DNA from: Octopus vulgaris
Lineage: Eukaryota
DNA length: 64,000 nt
Direction of reading: 5' to 3'
Assembly: GCA_951406725.2 (NCBI GenBank)
Contig: OX597831.1
Span: 18,848,001 to 18,912,000, forward strand
Shown here: positions 1-15,293 of the stretch, piece by piece
Numbering within the stretch: position 1 is the stretch's first letter
Layout of the letters: each line of letters opens with the position of its first letter
Translations under genes and position numbers: made by a program
Notes under the pieces: generated by a model
Databases searched by the model: none
Told to the model about the DNA's origin: nothing
What the model saw: only the letters and a program-made list of their open reading frames with translations

Positions 1-159
1 GGACATACTTAAGATAGTTTCCAGAAGGAATTGATATTGGTATTGTATCTGTATATTCAAACATGCACAGAATATTGGTTGACACAGAGTACTATAATCC
101 ATATAAATATACAGCCCTTGGTGAGAACAGTATGTTGAGAATATAAAAAGGTTTAACAT

Positions 160-412
160 TGAAATAATGGGCAGAAAAGATTAAAACAAATATATTATAC
201 ATCGCAGGGTAATTTCCAGGAGGAATTATTAAAAAAGTTCATGTCCCTGTTACCAAAGACTGTATAAATATGTAACGTAGCAATTTGCAACAACCAATAA
301 TTAACGCAACCAAACTTCCACAAGTTACTTTTGACAATCTTTTTCCAAAGAGTGAAACCGGTAAAGTAAATAAACATCTTTTAAATTGCATTTTCAAACC
401 TTCTTTCGTATA
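160..412 (+). mobile_element. Terminal-repeat fragment of a probable Penelope-like element, ending at TATA and carrying an HHR-like motif
   Basis: 240-410 matches segments of 56633-56963 as reverse complement; 166-210 matches ~57010-57054 directly; both copies end at TA repeats. Confidence 0.55.
325..369 (+). ncRNA. Minimal type I hammerhead-like motif, U3:A8 core
   Basis: TTACTT-TTGACAA-TCTTT(TTCC)AAAGA-GT-GAAA-CCGG-TA-AAGTAA: 6-bp stem I, 5-bp stem II, palindromic ACCGGT stem III, GUA site; 2 extra nt before GAAA are atypical. Confidence 0.55.
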
Positions 413-1449
413 TAATTCCACTCGTGCGGTACCCCACAACTCCACTTTGTTATATATATATATATACATATATATATACATATATACATATATATATTCA
501 CACAAATATATATATATGCATTCATCTATATGTGTGTGCATGTTTGTGAATGTGTGCGTGTATGTGTGTGTATGTGTGTGCATTACAGTAAGGAGAATAT
601 AAGAACAAGCAATGAAATCGTATATACTTGCAGAAGCTTTCGTGTGTAAAAGTTCCCCCATAAGTTGCATTACAATGTGTTCTTGCCAAATCAATGCATT
701 CGCTTGACGCGCAAACACCTGCAATAAAATTGTGACAATATGTAAAGAATAATCTAATTATTGAATAGTTGTTATAAACACAACATATAGTTTTATATTT
801 CGTTGTAGTCAGAATAATATGTGGTTCTTGGCTACATATGCGAAGTATAATTTCACCTTTTATTTATTAAGTGATTGATATAATTACACCATACACAACA
901 CATGGCAGCATATACAATTTTGCCATAACTAATTGATGATTAAATATATGCTATACTTACATCATAATTTATAACATTTGATTCTGATCAGAATAATAGA
1001 TGGAAATCAGATACTTTCTCTTAAACTGCAAGATTTTCTCATTTCCATAAGTTTGATACAATTCTTTACAAATGACGACAAGTTAGCATTTATCGTCATT
1101 TCTAAAGAATTATATAAATATCATGGAAATCAAAAAATCTGGCTAACTTCGTTTAAAGTTGGATAATATTTAGTTTTATAATTATTTGATGAGACGGTGG
1201 ACAGAGAAAAAAAGTTCGGCGTTTGTATTAAATTATGATTTTGTTATATTCATTATAATTCAGACTTGTATACGCTTAAATATGGGTACTTACTGCAAGC
1301 TAGAAAGATAGCAAGTGCAAAAAATATCATCTTTGATTTTCTTGTTAAAATTAATATTTGGTGATATGAGGAATTCGACGTGGGCCTTGCTGTATGCAAC
1401 GATATATGTGCTGCAACATATGCTTTAAATTATTAATGCATCCTATACA

Positions 1450-1735
<286 letters not shown>

Positions 1736-2906
1736 CTATTTTATATATTTGACAAACAATAATTCTAAATTGTCGTTTTTAATGCTTCGTATAATACAGA
1801 ATTACCTGAATAATATATGATTTTTTTATGTGAGGGAGATAAAGATAGATAGAAAGATAAAACGGTAGATACACAAATAATAATATTTCCTTGTCGTTTT
1901 TAACGATTCGTATAATATACAATTGCTTTAAGATACATATATTTTTATATACGATAGTTTTGGTTGACGTTTTTAATTACATGTATAACGTTTACCATCT
2001 GTCTACATAGATTGTTTATACAGCTTCTCAATTGTTAAATGAAATCATCCCCAAATTTCTTTGATTGTCTAAAGGTTACGCCTATTTCCACCTCCACTCC
2101 ACATCTCGGTTACCAGGCTCGGTCTATGCCTCCTCAATTAGTTTCCTCCCCCCCGAGAGGTTTCGTGGTCTTACTACGTATATTACGTCCCTATATACCT
2201 CCACCCACTCTGTTTCTTGCTCCCTAATATTTTATCCCATAACAGAGTACCCTCCATTCTATCAACTACACTTTTCATTGTTTTACCTTATTTCTCTTCT
2301 CATTTCATTCGATCCATTAGTGGGACATTTCTACAGAATGTCTATAGAGCCTACAACCACAAGAAAGGGGCTGTTAGTATTTTTCAGACTTGATGAGAAT
2401 CAGGATCTTCTTGCAGTTCCCTGTCCGAATTCCTGAGATATGAGGTCAGTACATTGACTACTGATTCACAAGAAACTATGTCTGTAGTTTCAGATTCTTC
2501 TTTACTGCTTCTTAGGATCCCCGTATTCTATATTGACAACGCATCTAAATTCCCTGTTCTTTCTTCTAACAACAATCAGATCTATTAGGTTCATCACTTA
2601 AAACCTACTGATAAATACTAATATCTATACAACCCGTCTCCAAGAGACATCCATCTCACATATTCCTCCCCTTGTTCCATATTCATCCGTTTTTCTCTGT
2701 CACTATATCTATAAGCTTGCGTTTAGGCATTCTGAAATTGTTATCCACCAGTTACCGAGAATGAAACTCCACGCGTACAATCACACACACGTCAAATACA
2801 CGCACATATAAGTTTAAATTTCCGCGTATATGTTTAGTAGTGTACAGATATATGCATATGTGTGAATACATGCACGCTTACACACACATAAACTCAACCA
2901 CACACA

Positions 2907-2929
2907 TAGATAGATAGATAGATAGATAC

Positions 2930-2961
<32 letters not shown>

Positions 2962-2989
2962 TGATAGATAGATAGTCAGATAGATAGAC

Positions 2990-3026
<37 letters not shown>

Positions 3027-3052
3027 TCAGATATATAGACAGATAGATTGAC

Positions 3053-3146
<94 letters not shown>

Positions 3147-3172
3147 TCAGATATATAGACAGATAGATTGAC

Positions 3173-3247
<75 letters not shown>

Positions 3248-3248
3248 A
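2907..3248. repeat. (GATA)n array with variant units; Tx1 insertion site
   Basis: Direct reading; variant GATAGTCAGATATATAGACAGATAGATTGACA at ~3021 and ~3141. Confidence 0.95.
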
Positions 3249-6193
3249 ATGTTTCTTTATTAGTCACACAGGGCTGCACACGAACGGGACATATTACAAA
3301 GTAGAGCTTTTCTTTTGGGGGAAAAGGGAAAAAACGAAGGTGGGGTAGGTTTTCGATCAAAAGGGATAGTTAAAGGGAAAGAAGAAAAAAAAGGGAAAAG
3401 AAACAAATGAAAAAAAACAATCAATAAGGATCGTGTATCACAGTGTCCTGATGTAAGTTGTAGAGGGGGAACTTTATCTGTGGGAAGAAAAGCCTAAAAG
3501 AAGACCACTGTAAACTCGGTCACTATTGTTACATGTTACCACATTTGTTTGCAAGTAGGCAACCCTCTCTTTTGAATTTACGGGTTCATAGGATTATGCT
3601 CAAGGTCGCTTCGTCGTCATTCATACGCGCCATCATTGCTACATTCACCATCTTTTTAAAACATTCGCTAGACAAGACTTGCCTCTCTACTCTCACTTTC
3701 CTATTCAAGTGATACTTGAAGAAGTTGATGAGAGATTGACCAGAGAGGAAAAAGTTCGCCTCCAATCCTTTCAGACGCGTCCACCAGATACATTCTTTCG
3801 CCATAGCCACAACGATGATCAAAATAGCTCTTTCTTCCCGTTTAAAGGAAGGTGACGTGACAATATTGAGGATAGACTCGGCTGATAAACCAACTTATCC
3901 TACACGTAACAGCAGTTGTTCGATATAAGCCCACTGATCGGAAATTGTTGGACACTGCACGAGTGCATGCAGAACGGTTTCGTCGCTCTGACCACATCTC
4001 GGGCAGGTCGGCCCCGTGTTTCTCGAGCCGTGTCTGTAGAGCTTATCCCGAACGGGTAGCGCTTTTCGGTAGCACTGCCAGGCCAGGGATCTCTGGAAAT
4101 TGTCCAAGGGCCCTACCCCGAAAGTCGTCCTAAACGGCGGGTCAAGTATTCCTCGTCGACGTCCAGGTTCGCCCCGAGCTCGTCGTCGTACCTCTCCTCC
4201 ACTAATCCCCAATAGAATGCTTGGGTTGTGCTGAAGTCACTCAAATTCGACACAAGACGGCAGAGTTGCTGGAGAGCAACTCGACACTCGTAGCGTCATT
4301 CGCATTTTCTCGGCCTCTTCTTCATTCACGACTGCAGTTCGGTCATGGAGACTAGCTGCGGGAAAGCGTGCCTCACAAACGGCGACCACACCTGTTCACC
4401 GTCGTCTACGAAGAGCCTGAGATGTCGCAGTCCCAGCGCGTGTCTGCGCATCATCAACCACGGCATGCCCAGTCCTCCTTTTAACGGATGTTGGCAGCAA
4501 AGGGATCGCCCGACAATCGGGACGCATCCTTTCCACAAGAAGCGAAAGAGAATGCGTTCTAGTTTGGTGATGGAAGGGTCGGGACAAGGCACGACGGTCA
4601 GGCGGTAGTAGATGACGGACACGATGTACGAATTTGCCACCTCCACCCGACCTTTTAGGGACAATTTCCTGTCGGCCCATTGCCGGGCGAGAGTGACCAC
4701 CCTACTCGTTATCTCGTTCCAGTTCTTCTCCATTTGGAAGAACGGACCAAACCAGACCCCGAGCAACTCGGCCGGAGCGTCGGTCCAGCGTCCCACGACG
4801 GATGCGCTGGTGGACGACATGGGTTTGCTTCTCCAGGTGCCGAGGCTCAAGCCCACTGATTTTTCCCGGTTGATTTTCGCTCGTCCCACATCCCAGTTCT
4901 AGCGGGATGCCCCCCAGAGTTGACAGCTTCCGCAATAATTGCTCGATAGTTAATACGTACGGAAGCGACGAGAGAGGGCATCCCTGACGGACCGAACGTG
5001 CAATGTCGCAAGGTCTCGATAGATATCCATTTACGCGAATTACCGAACGGATGCCTCTGCACAAAGCAGCTATCCAGCCGTGGAAGACGGGACAGGAACA
5101 AATGTTGTTGGAGAGCAACGCGGCACTCGCCCCGGGATCATTGTCGTACCTCCCCTCCACTAATCCCCTATAAATTGCTTCCGTGGTGGTGCAGTTCTCA
5201 AGTTTGACCCAGGACGACAAAGTTGCTGGAGAGCAACCCGACACTCGCCGTGCCATTTGCCCTTCCTCAGCCTCTTTTTGATACACGATTGCAGCTCTGT
5301 CATGGAGACGAGTTGTGGGAAAGTGTGCCTCACAAACGGCGACCACAAACGGCGATCACCGTCGTCTACGTAGAGCTGGAGATTTCGCAGTCTCAGCAGC
5401 GCGTGCCTGCGCATCATAATCCACGTCATGCACAGCCCTTCTTTCAGCAGGTGTTGACAGCAATCGGATCGCTTGACCATCGGAACGTTTCTTTTCTACA
5501 AGAAGCGGAAGAGGATGTGTTCCAGTTTAGTGAAGGTGGGGTCGCGACAAAGCACGGCGGTCAGGCGGTAGTTGATGATGGACGCCATGAACGTGTTCGC
5601 CACCTCCGCCCGACCTTTTAAGGACAGCTTCCTCTCGTCCAATTACCTGCAGATAATAGGCCACCCTACTCGTTATCTCGTCCCAGTTCTCTGTTTTCAG
5701 GTCTGTCCCGAACCAGACTCCAAGAAATATCACCGGCCCGTCCGTCCAGAGTCCCACTACTGAAGCGCTGGTGGACGGCATGAGCTTGCTTCTCCAGGTA
5801 CCCAGCCACAAGTCCACCGACTTTTTTCGGTTGATTCTTCCTCCCGTCACAGCTTCGTTGTCTTGCACTGTCTGGCCGAGTAGCTCGATGTGCTCGTGGC
5901 TAGACACTACGAAACTGACGTTGTCCGAGTATGCGGTCACGCTGGTCCCTCACCTCACTTCTCGCGGGATGCTCCCCAGCATTGACAGCTTCCGCAGTAG
6001 TAGCTCGAGAGTCAATACGTACGGAAGCGACGAGAGGGGGCATTCCTGACGGACCGAACGTGCAATATCGAAAGGTCTTGATAGATGCCCAGTCACGCGA
6101 ATTACCGAACCGTTGCCTCTGTACAATGCAGCCATCCAGCCGCGGAATATGGGACCTAAGCCGCCCGCTATGAGGACAGCCTCCAAGTATCGA
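3249..6193 (-). mobile_element. Tx1-clade LINE copy 1: 5'-truncated, degenerate, made of two partial segments (~3249-5100 and a more diverged ~5140-6193)
   Basis: ORF2 C-terminal fragments (RSVRQGCPLS, LLGVWFG, LSLKGR, GGLGMP, CPRCGQSDETVLHALVQC zinc knuckle); 3' end AATAAAGAAACAT followed by (ATCT)n on the minus strand. Confidence 0.9.
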
Positions 6194-6324
6194 GGCTGTA
6201 CTCTGATGTGAACAAAAGTTTCTCTGTGGTTTTAAATGATACAACGAGACTTAATCTCCATTAATGTGACGCCTTGATGACACGGCCGAAAGTGCAACCA
6301 ATAAAATTGGTTTCAAAATATGGC

Positions 6325-6385
6325 ACAAAGACGGACGAAATGCTGCTAAGCATTTCATCCGGTGTACTAACGACTCTGCCCTTCA
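6325..6385 (-). mobile_element. Head fragment of the OK-like tRNA-derived SINE
   Basis: GACGAAATGCTGCTAAGCATTTCATCCGGTGTACTAACGACTCTGCC matches the SINE heads at ~36450-36500 and ~63770-63820. Confidence 0.6.
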
Positions 6386-7259
6386 GCTGCCTTACAGTTA
6401 CGTAATATTAAATGGCGACAGCAGTTCTTTCATCGTAGAAGCATATACATTGATGTTGCACAGGGTTATGTACGTCTCCCCCAGCAATTCTATATTATTG
6501 CCTCTGAAATTATTTGTTACCAAATATAAATCTGAAATATGATGACGCAGAAGAGCGTCAATAATTATTAGAAGTTCCTTTAAACTGATATGTATTATAA
6601 CTGCAATAATTTTAATATCAGTTATCATTAAATATCAAATTTTTAATATAAGGGAAATCTTATAGGAAAACAAAGACATCGATAGGTATGTATAAAATTT
6701 ATTAATTGAATTTCAATGTATCATCAAAATACACAGCATCGTATGAAGATCGGTAAGTGAATAAATATAAAATTCAACTTGGAAACAGAAAAATGTTGAT
6801 AGTTGAACAGACATCATTAGTGGACCAACGATCATAAAGAGAACGCCGGGAAACCTGTGGTCACTTCAAATCGGAGCAAAACAATATTCAGCTAAATAGA
6901 CGTTGCTACAACAGCGAGAATTGCAAATTACGAAACTGTTTTGAGCTTAGTCTGTAAAAAATAATATTGAATAATTTATTTAAACATCTTAAATGGCGTT
7001 TTGGGGTAAAAAAACAACGCATATTACCTTTGAATATCGGCATGCCTTAACGGAAGCCTATATCAGTGAAATTATTGCATGAAAACAATATTTATTACAA
7101 TTTTAGTAATACATTTTCAGCTAGTAGTGATCATACTTCATCATATTTCATTAATGTTTCCATTGCTCCCTAGAAGTAATCATTGTTATACCAATATTTG
7201 TAGAGTTATAATGAATTTATTGTACAAGGATATGTTTGGATAAAATATTTGGATCATTT

Positions 7260-7880
7260 CGAAACCTGCACTGGTAATGAAGGCGTAATATATAGAGAGA
7301 TGTTCCACCGACATAATCTGGCGGCAAAATCTTTTGTGAGACTCAGTAAAAGAATCTTTCGGAACAAGAAAATAATGAACTTCGATCAAGTACAAATATT
7401 TCTGGATATCCAACAGCCTATAAATCCACCATTCTCTTGTATCGTTCCCGCTGAAGAGGACGAGATTAAGGAGCAAACCCAGCGGGGAAAATGGTAAAGT
7501 TGGCGACGGATGAAGGCTTCAACTGAATGTCCCAGTCTTCATGAGGATTCCGGTAGGTGGCACCTACCTTCTCCTGTCACGTGATAATTTAAAGCGATCT
7601 GATATGGAGGGCTTTCGGTTGTCTAATCTGACGCCGATAAAGCGTTCATGATTCAGATCAATATTGGAGGTGTGTGAAGAGAGATCGATATATAGAGAGT
7701 CTTGTCGATCTTTGTTTTCTTATTCCGAAACACTCGTTTGCTGAGGCACCCGAAAAATGTAAGGGCCAGTTCTAGGCGGTATTTGATGATATTACAGGAT
7801 TGCGTTGATAGTAATGAACAGACTTTACCGTGATACTGAATCCGAAAATTGGGTAGGGGCCTTTTTACAGTTGTAGTTCC
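7260..7880. mobile_element. Two old RTE-type LINE fragments in opposite orientation
   Basis: Plus: GNEGVIYREMFHRHNLAAKSFVRLSKRIFRNKK; minus ~7700-7760: FFGCLSKRVFRNKKTKI; both resemble the post-RT 'EI..RI..A...FG.L.KRVF' segment of RTE ORFs. Confidence 0.45.
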
Positions 7881-8122
7881 CCAAAATATTAATACTGCAT
7901 GCTACCGCTATTACGCTAGTATTACCGGTAATCTACGCCAAAATTTACATTGCACTAATTGTATACTCTTGGAACTGTATAGTGTTGATACGTACCTCAC
8001 TGAGCTGTGCAGGACTGTTAAAGAGACCTCTTGGTATGTGCCTTTTCACCAAACGCTAAAACAAATATTTTAATATATTATCGTGAAATTGTGTCCTTAA
8101 TAGAAGGAAAGATATATTATAT

Positions 8123-8183
<61 letters not shown>

Positions 8184-8815
8184 ACAATAAAATATTAGAT
8201 TATATTTTATTATATTATATTGTAATATATTATATTATATTATATTATATTATATTATAAATATAAAGCAGTGGTTAGCAGAATTAAAAACTCTCCGAGG
8301 ACTATGAATTACATTACACATATATTTAGAGGAATAGTGTCCAAGGTAGATTCCTAATATGCTAAGAATAAGACGCCCAATTGCCTTAGGAACGACAATA
8401 TTTTCTCAAAAATCTGAGCATACAGCAGAATGTATGCAAATAAGATAAATGAAAGGAGAGAAAATAATCCTTATTCTTTTTAAATTGGAAATTCATAGGT
8501 TTCTTCGCAGTGCATTACGTTCCTTTATTGGAGCAACTTCGATTTACAGCTGTTTCAGGTTATCATTATAGGTTCAATATACATCGTTTTACTCAGGCGG
8601 TCTATAGATCAGTTGAGAAAACTTTAAAAGAAGTAATACCAAGCTCAGCAACGATATAGTGTTGTATACACATATGTAAGATATGGCATAATTATACACA
8701 AGACAAATTTAAGCCATTCAACCGGAGACTGAAAAGATGATGAAACAATCTTTATCGATTTTCGAACCTTATTGGGTTCTTATCAAAAGCGCCTACATCA
8801 CTTCCGACAGTCTCC

Positions 8816-10221
<1,406 letters not shown>

Positions 10222-10231
10222 AATATATATA

Positions 10232-10273
<42 letters not shown>

Positions 10274-10906
10274 AGACCTGACAAAACTGAAAGATAAAAA
10301 CTTTACTTCATCTAAGAACATTCTTTACGAGTAACACGTCATTCTAAGTCCGAGTTATATAGTATTAGTAAATGGATTATTGATAGCATTATGGAAAACC
10401 TCTCAAGCCCACACAATAATAGAATGCTGAACAAGAAACTATGGAATATAGATAAATATGAAACGCAAAATATACATTAGACACTTACTATTCGCTGTTA
10501 TTATCGTGGAAAGTAATGTCCTCAGGGTATTACTGTTCATTGTGGCCGTCTTAGATATGGCCTCTAACACAGAAATTTCCAATCTCGTAAGAAATGCAGC
10601 AAAAGTCTCACAAGCAATACAGATCTGTGCATATCCCACATACTTGCAAAAGACTTAGAGTCAGTCTACAGGACAACAATATTCAACTTAATGTTGAGCG
10701 ACTCCAAAGCCTATGCCATCAGCATGCTAAATGCAACACATTTTTTTATTGTTTTACTATTGCTCCTAACTTTGGTCGCCACATGAAGTAAAATTAATAG
10801 CAGAACGCGAAGCAGTATAACGAAGCTACACTATAATGATCGTATCAGTACAGTAGAGAAGCTACACGGATAAACTCAAATTTATGAGAGTAGCCTCGGG
10901 AATGAA

Positions 10907-11126
10907 GGCAGAATATACACGCCGGGCGAAATGCTTAGCAGTATTTGGTCTGCTGCTACGTTCTGATTTCAAATTCCGTCGAGGTCGATTTTGCCTTTTA
11001 TCCTTTCGGGGTCGATAAATTAAGTACCAGTTAAGTGCTGCGGGTCGATGTAATCGACACAATACATTAGTCTATCCGCGTTTTTCCCTCTCTATGTTTA
11101 TCTCCCTGTGTGCATTAAAGAAATAG
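10907..11126 (+). mobile_element. tRNA-derived SINE (Octopus OK-like, Meta-domain-like core)
   Basis: B-box-like GATTTCAAATTCC, core GCCTTTTATCCTTTCGGGGTCGATAAATTAAGTACCAG, tail TAAAGAAATA; multiple copies in window. Confidence 0.8.
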
Positions 11127-11139
11127 GGATATACATTCT

Positions 11140-11790
11140 GAAATATAGTTCTGGAAGTTCATGGAAAGACTAGACCCGAACGTTAACACGAAAAGTTAAT
11201 ATGATCTCGAAATTTCCACCAAAGTAAGGATTAGAGACTGCAATAACATGGAATTCAAAAGTTTGCTCCTTAATAGTTACACGAAAGACTTAATGTAGCT
11301 AAAGTTAGTGGACAAAGATGTTTTCAAAACTGAATTGCATTGCCTATTGGGAAGGGTCCCGAAGTAACGACCTGCATGCTAGGAAATACAAACGGGCGCA
11401 ACTACACGTACACTCGCATACAACAAATACTGCTTATAAAAGGAACGTTGATGAAAAAGGGGCAACACCACCTGGCGGCGACTTACCACGACAACGGTTC
11501 CCGAGCTGAAACAATTAAAAGAGTTCAACGGTTTTGATTTAGAATTTTTATGAATGATTCATTTTGGAAATAATTATTTCGATTATTATGAAAATGACAT
11601 TTACCGAGCATACACTGGAGCCGAGAGCTTCAAAGTATTCATCACAGACTTTATTTATCCCATCCATACAGGCAAGGAATGCTTTGAGATTTCTGAAAGA
11701 CAAAAATACTCGGAAAACGTGTGGTGTATATCAACAAACGGTTCGCGATCCGGAAATTTACGGAACATAAAGAAATCAACTTTAATTTTC
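11140..11790 (+). mobile_element. Highly decayed mariner-like transposase relic
   Basis: YHDNGSRA (HHDNA-like) and KYSSQTLF (YSPDL-like) remnants in the expected order. Confidence 0.3.
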
Positions 11791-11838
11791 ATGTGCTGTT
11801 GAAACACTCGCGATCACAAACACACACGCTTTCACGCG

Positions 11839-11879
<41 letters not shown>

Positions 11880-12750
11880 GTACGCACACACACTCACACA
11901 CACAACTTCATATAATGTGCCCATGCAGATGTGTTGTCATTCGAAGGGTTCATGTTAACATAATATTAATGATAATAATATGATTTTAGCATTTTTCTAG
12001 TAATAATATACAGAAAGATTTTAGTTCTCAGACATTTTTAATTTCTAAAATTATTTTTATGTCAATCCAACCGAACACACATGTATGGGTGTGCGGGTAT
12101 ATAGATTGCGTAATATAGGGTGGAATGAAAAGTAAAATATTTAGACCTAAAAATTCCTAAATATTATCATTAGAAAAATGGTAAATATTTGCTTAGATCA
12201 GTCTAGATCATTTATTCCCTCAACCACCTCCAAACTCTGCTAATGTCAAAACAATTCTAAAATTCCCACATTTTCATATTTTAATTAGTTTGAGGGAGTA
12301 AATGACCTTAATATCAGCTAAAATCTAGCATTTGCTTAGTAATTAAATACAGCAACATGTTCACCCTGAGACATTTAATTTCTGCACTTTGTTTTTTCAG
12401 TCTACCATATTACAAAAGCTATAGAAAGCGTAAGCAAAAATGTAACCTTGCACTAGGAGGGGCATAAGAATCTATTCCTCAATTTTTTGAACAGATATAT
12501 AGAGAAGAATGGGATAAAATCATGTTTTAGATAGCCTTCATTAACGGGTGTTATTAGGGAGGACCAGAATGCTTGAGAAGGTTCTTGGCAGCTAAGGGTT
12601 CTTTAATGAGCCTAGTTTAAGGAGTACATGGAATAATAACAATTATATACACAGATACACACACACACACGTGCATTTACAAACATATATATACATATAT
12701 ACATATATCTGTACAAACACACATACAAACATACATATATATATATATAT

Positions 12751-13760
12751 ATGCATTCATCTATATGTGTGTGTGTGCGTTACAGTAAGGAGAATATTGA
12801 ACAAGCAATGAAATCGTATATACTTGCAGAAGTTTTCCTGTGTAAAATATCCCCCATAACTTTCAGAACAACGTTTTCTTGCCAACCTAATGCATTCGCT
12901 TGACACGCCAACACCTGCAATAAAATTGTGACAATATGTAAAGAATAATTTAATTATTGAATAGTTGTTATAAGCACAACATATAGTTTTATATTTCCTT
13001 GTAGTCAGAATAATATGTGGTTCTTGGCTCCATATGCGAAGTATAATTTCACCTTTTATTTATTAAGTGATTGATATAATTACACCATACACAACACATG
13101 GCAGCATATACAATTTTGCCATAACTAATTGATGATTAAATATATGCTATACTTACATCATAATCTATAACATTTGATTCTGATCAGAATAATAGATGGA
13201 AATCAGATACTTTCTCTTAAACTGCACGATTTTTTACTTCCATGAGTTTGATACAATTCTTTACAAATGACGACAAGTTAGCATTTATCGTCATTTCTAA
13301 AGAATTATATAAATATCATGGAAATCAAAAAATCTGGCTAACTTCGTTTAAAGTTGGATAATATTTAGTTTTATAATTATTTGATGAGACGGTGGACAGA
13401 GAAAAAAAGTTCGGCGTTTGTATTAAATTATGATTTTGTTATATTCATTATAATTCAGACTTGTATACGCTTAAATATGGGTACTTACTGCAAGCTAGAA
13501 AGATAGCAAGTGCAAAAAATATCATCTTTGATTTTCTTCTTAAAATTAATATTTGGTGATATGAGGAATTCGACGTGGGCCTTGCTGTATGCAACGATAT
13601 ATGTGCTGCAACATATGCTTTAAATTGTTAATGCATCCTATACATGTGTGTGTATATATATGTATATATATATATATACACAGTGAGAGACAGACAGACA
13701 GAAATAATGACAGAGACATAGTGAGGGAAAGAAAGGAAGAAAGAAAGATAGATAGGTAGG

Positions 13761-13842
<82 letters not shown>

Positions 13843-15066
13843 CATAGAGAATAGATAGACTATTTTATATATTTGACAAACAATAATTCTAAATTGTCGT
13901 TTTTAATGCTTCGTATAATACAGAATTACCTGAATAATATATGATTTTTTTATGTGAGAGAGATAAAGATAGATAGAAAGATAAAACGGTAGATACACAA
14001 ATAATAATATTTCCTTGTCGTTTTTAACGATTCGTATAATATACAATTGCTTTAAGATACATATATTTTTATATACGATAGTTTTGGTTGACGTTTTTAA
14101 TTACATGTATAACGTTTACCATCTGTCTACCATAGATTGTTTATACAGCTTCTCAATTGTTAAATGAAATCATCCCCAAATTTCTTTGATTGTCTAAAGG
14201 TTACGCCTATTTCCACCTCCACTCCACATCTCGGGTACCAGGCTCGGTCTATGCCTCCTCAATTAGTTTCCTCCCCCCCCCCCCGAGAGGTTTCGTGGTC
14301 TTACTACGTATATTACGTCCCTATATACCTCCACCCACTCTGTTTCTTGCTCCCTAATATTTTATCCCATAACAGAGTACCCTCCATTCTATCAACTACA
14401 CTTTTCATTGTTTTACCTTATTTTTCTTCTCATTTCATTCGATCCATTAGTGGGACATTTCTACAGAATGTCTATAGAGCCTACAACCACAAGAAAGGGG
14501 CTGTTAGTATTTTTCAGACTTGATGAGAATCAGGATCTTCTTGCAGTTCCCTGTCTGAATTCCTGAGATATGAGGTCAGTACATCGACTACTGATTCACA
14601 AGAAACTATGTCTGTAGTTTCAGATTCTTCTTTACTGCTTCTTAGGATCCCCGTATTCTATATTGACAACGCATCTAAATTCCCTGTTCTTTCTTCTAAC
14701 AACAATCAGATCTATTAGGTTCATCACTTAAAACCTACTGATAAATACTAATATCTATACAACCCGTCTCCAAGAGACATCCATCTCACATATTCCTCCC
14801 CTTGTTCCATATTCATCCGTTTTTCTCTGTCACTATATCTATAAGCTTGCGTTTAGGCATTCTGAAATTGTTATCCACCAGTTACCGAGAATGAAACTCC
14901 ACGCGTACAATCACACACACGTCAAATACACGCACATATAAGTTTAAATTTCCGCGTATATGTTTAGTAGTGTACAGATATATGCATATGTGTGAATACA
15001 TGCACGCTTACACACACATAAACTCAACCACACACATAGATAGATAGATAGATAGATAGACAGATT

Positions 15067-15101
<35 letters not shown>

Positions 15102-15193
15102 TGATAGATAGATAGTCAGATAGATAGACAGATAGATAAATAGATAGATAAATAGATAGATAGATAGTCAGATATATAGACAGATAGATTGAC

Positions 15194-15255
<62 letters not shown>

Positions 15256-15293
15256 TCAGATATATAGACAGATAGATTGACAGATAGATAGAT
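12751..15293. repeat. Local segmental duplication, copy 2 (of 516-3248)
   Basis: Near-identical sequence ~12.1-12.2 kb downstream of copy 1. Confidence 0.95.

Noticed and set aside
7446-7490. CTGAAGA inside the hairpin TTCCCGCTG...CAGCGGGGAA
   Set aside because: No stem II plus GAAA geometry; the core would be sequestered in the hairpin
8538-8615. Minus-strand GAAACAGCTGTA (similar at ~32060-32080) as a hammerhead
   Set aside because: Stem III half only; no CUGANGA with matching stem I found
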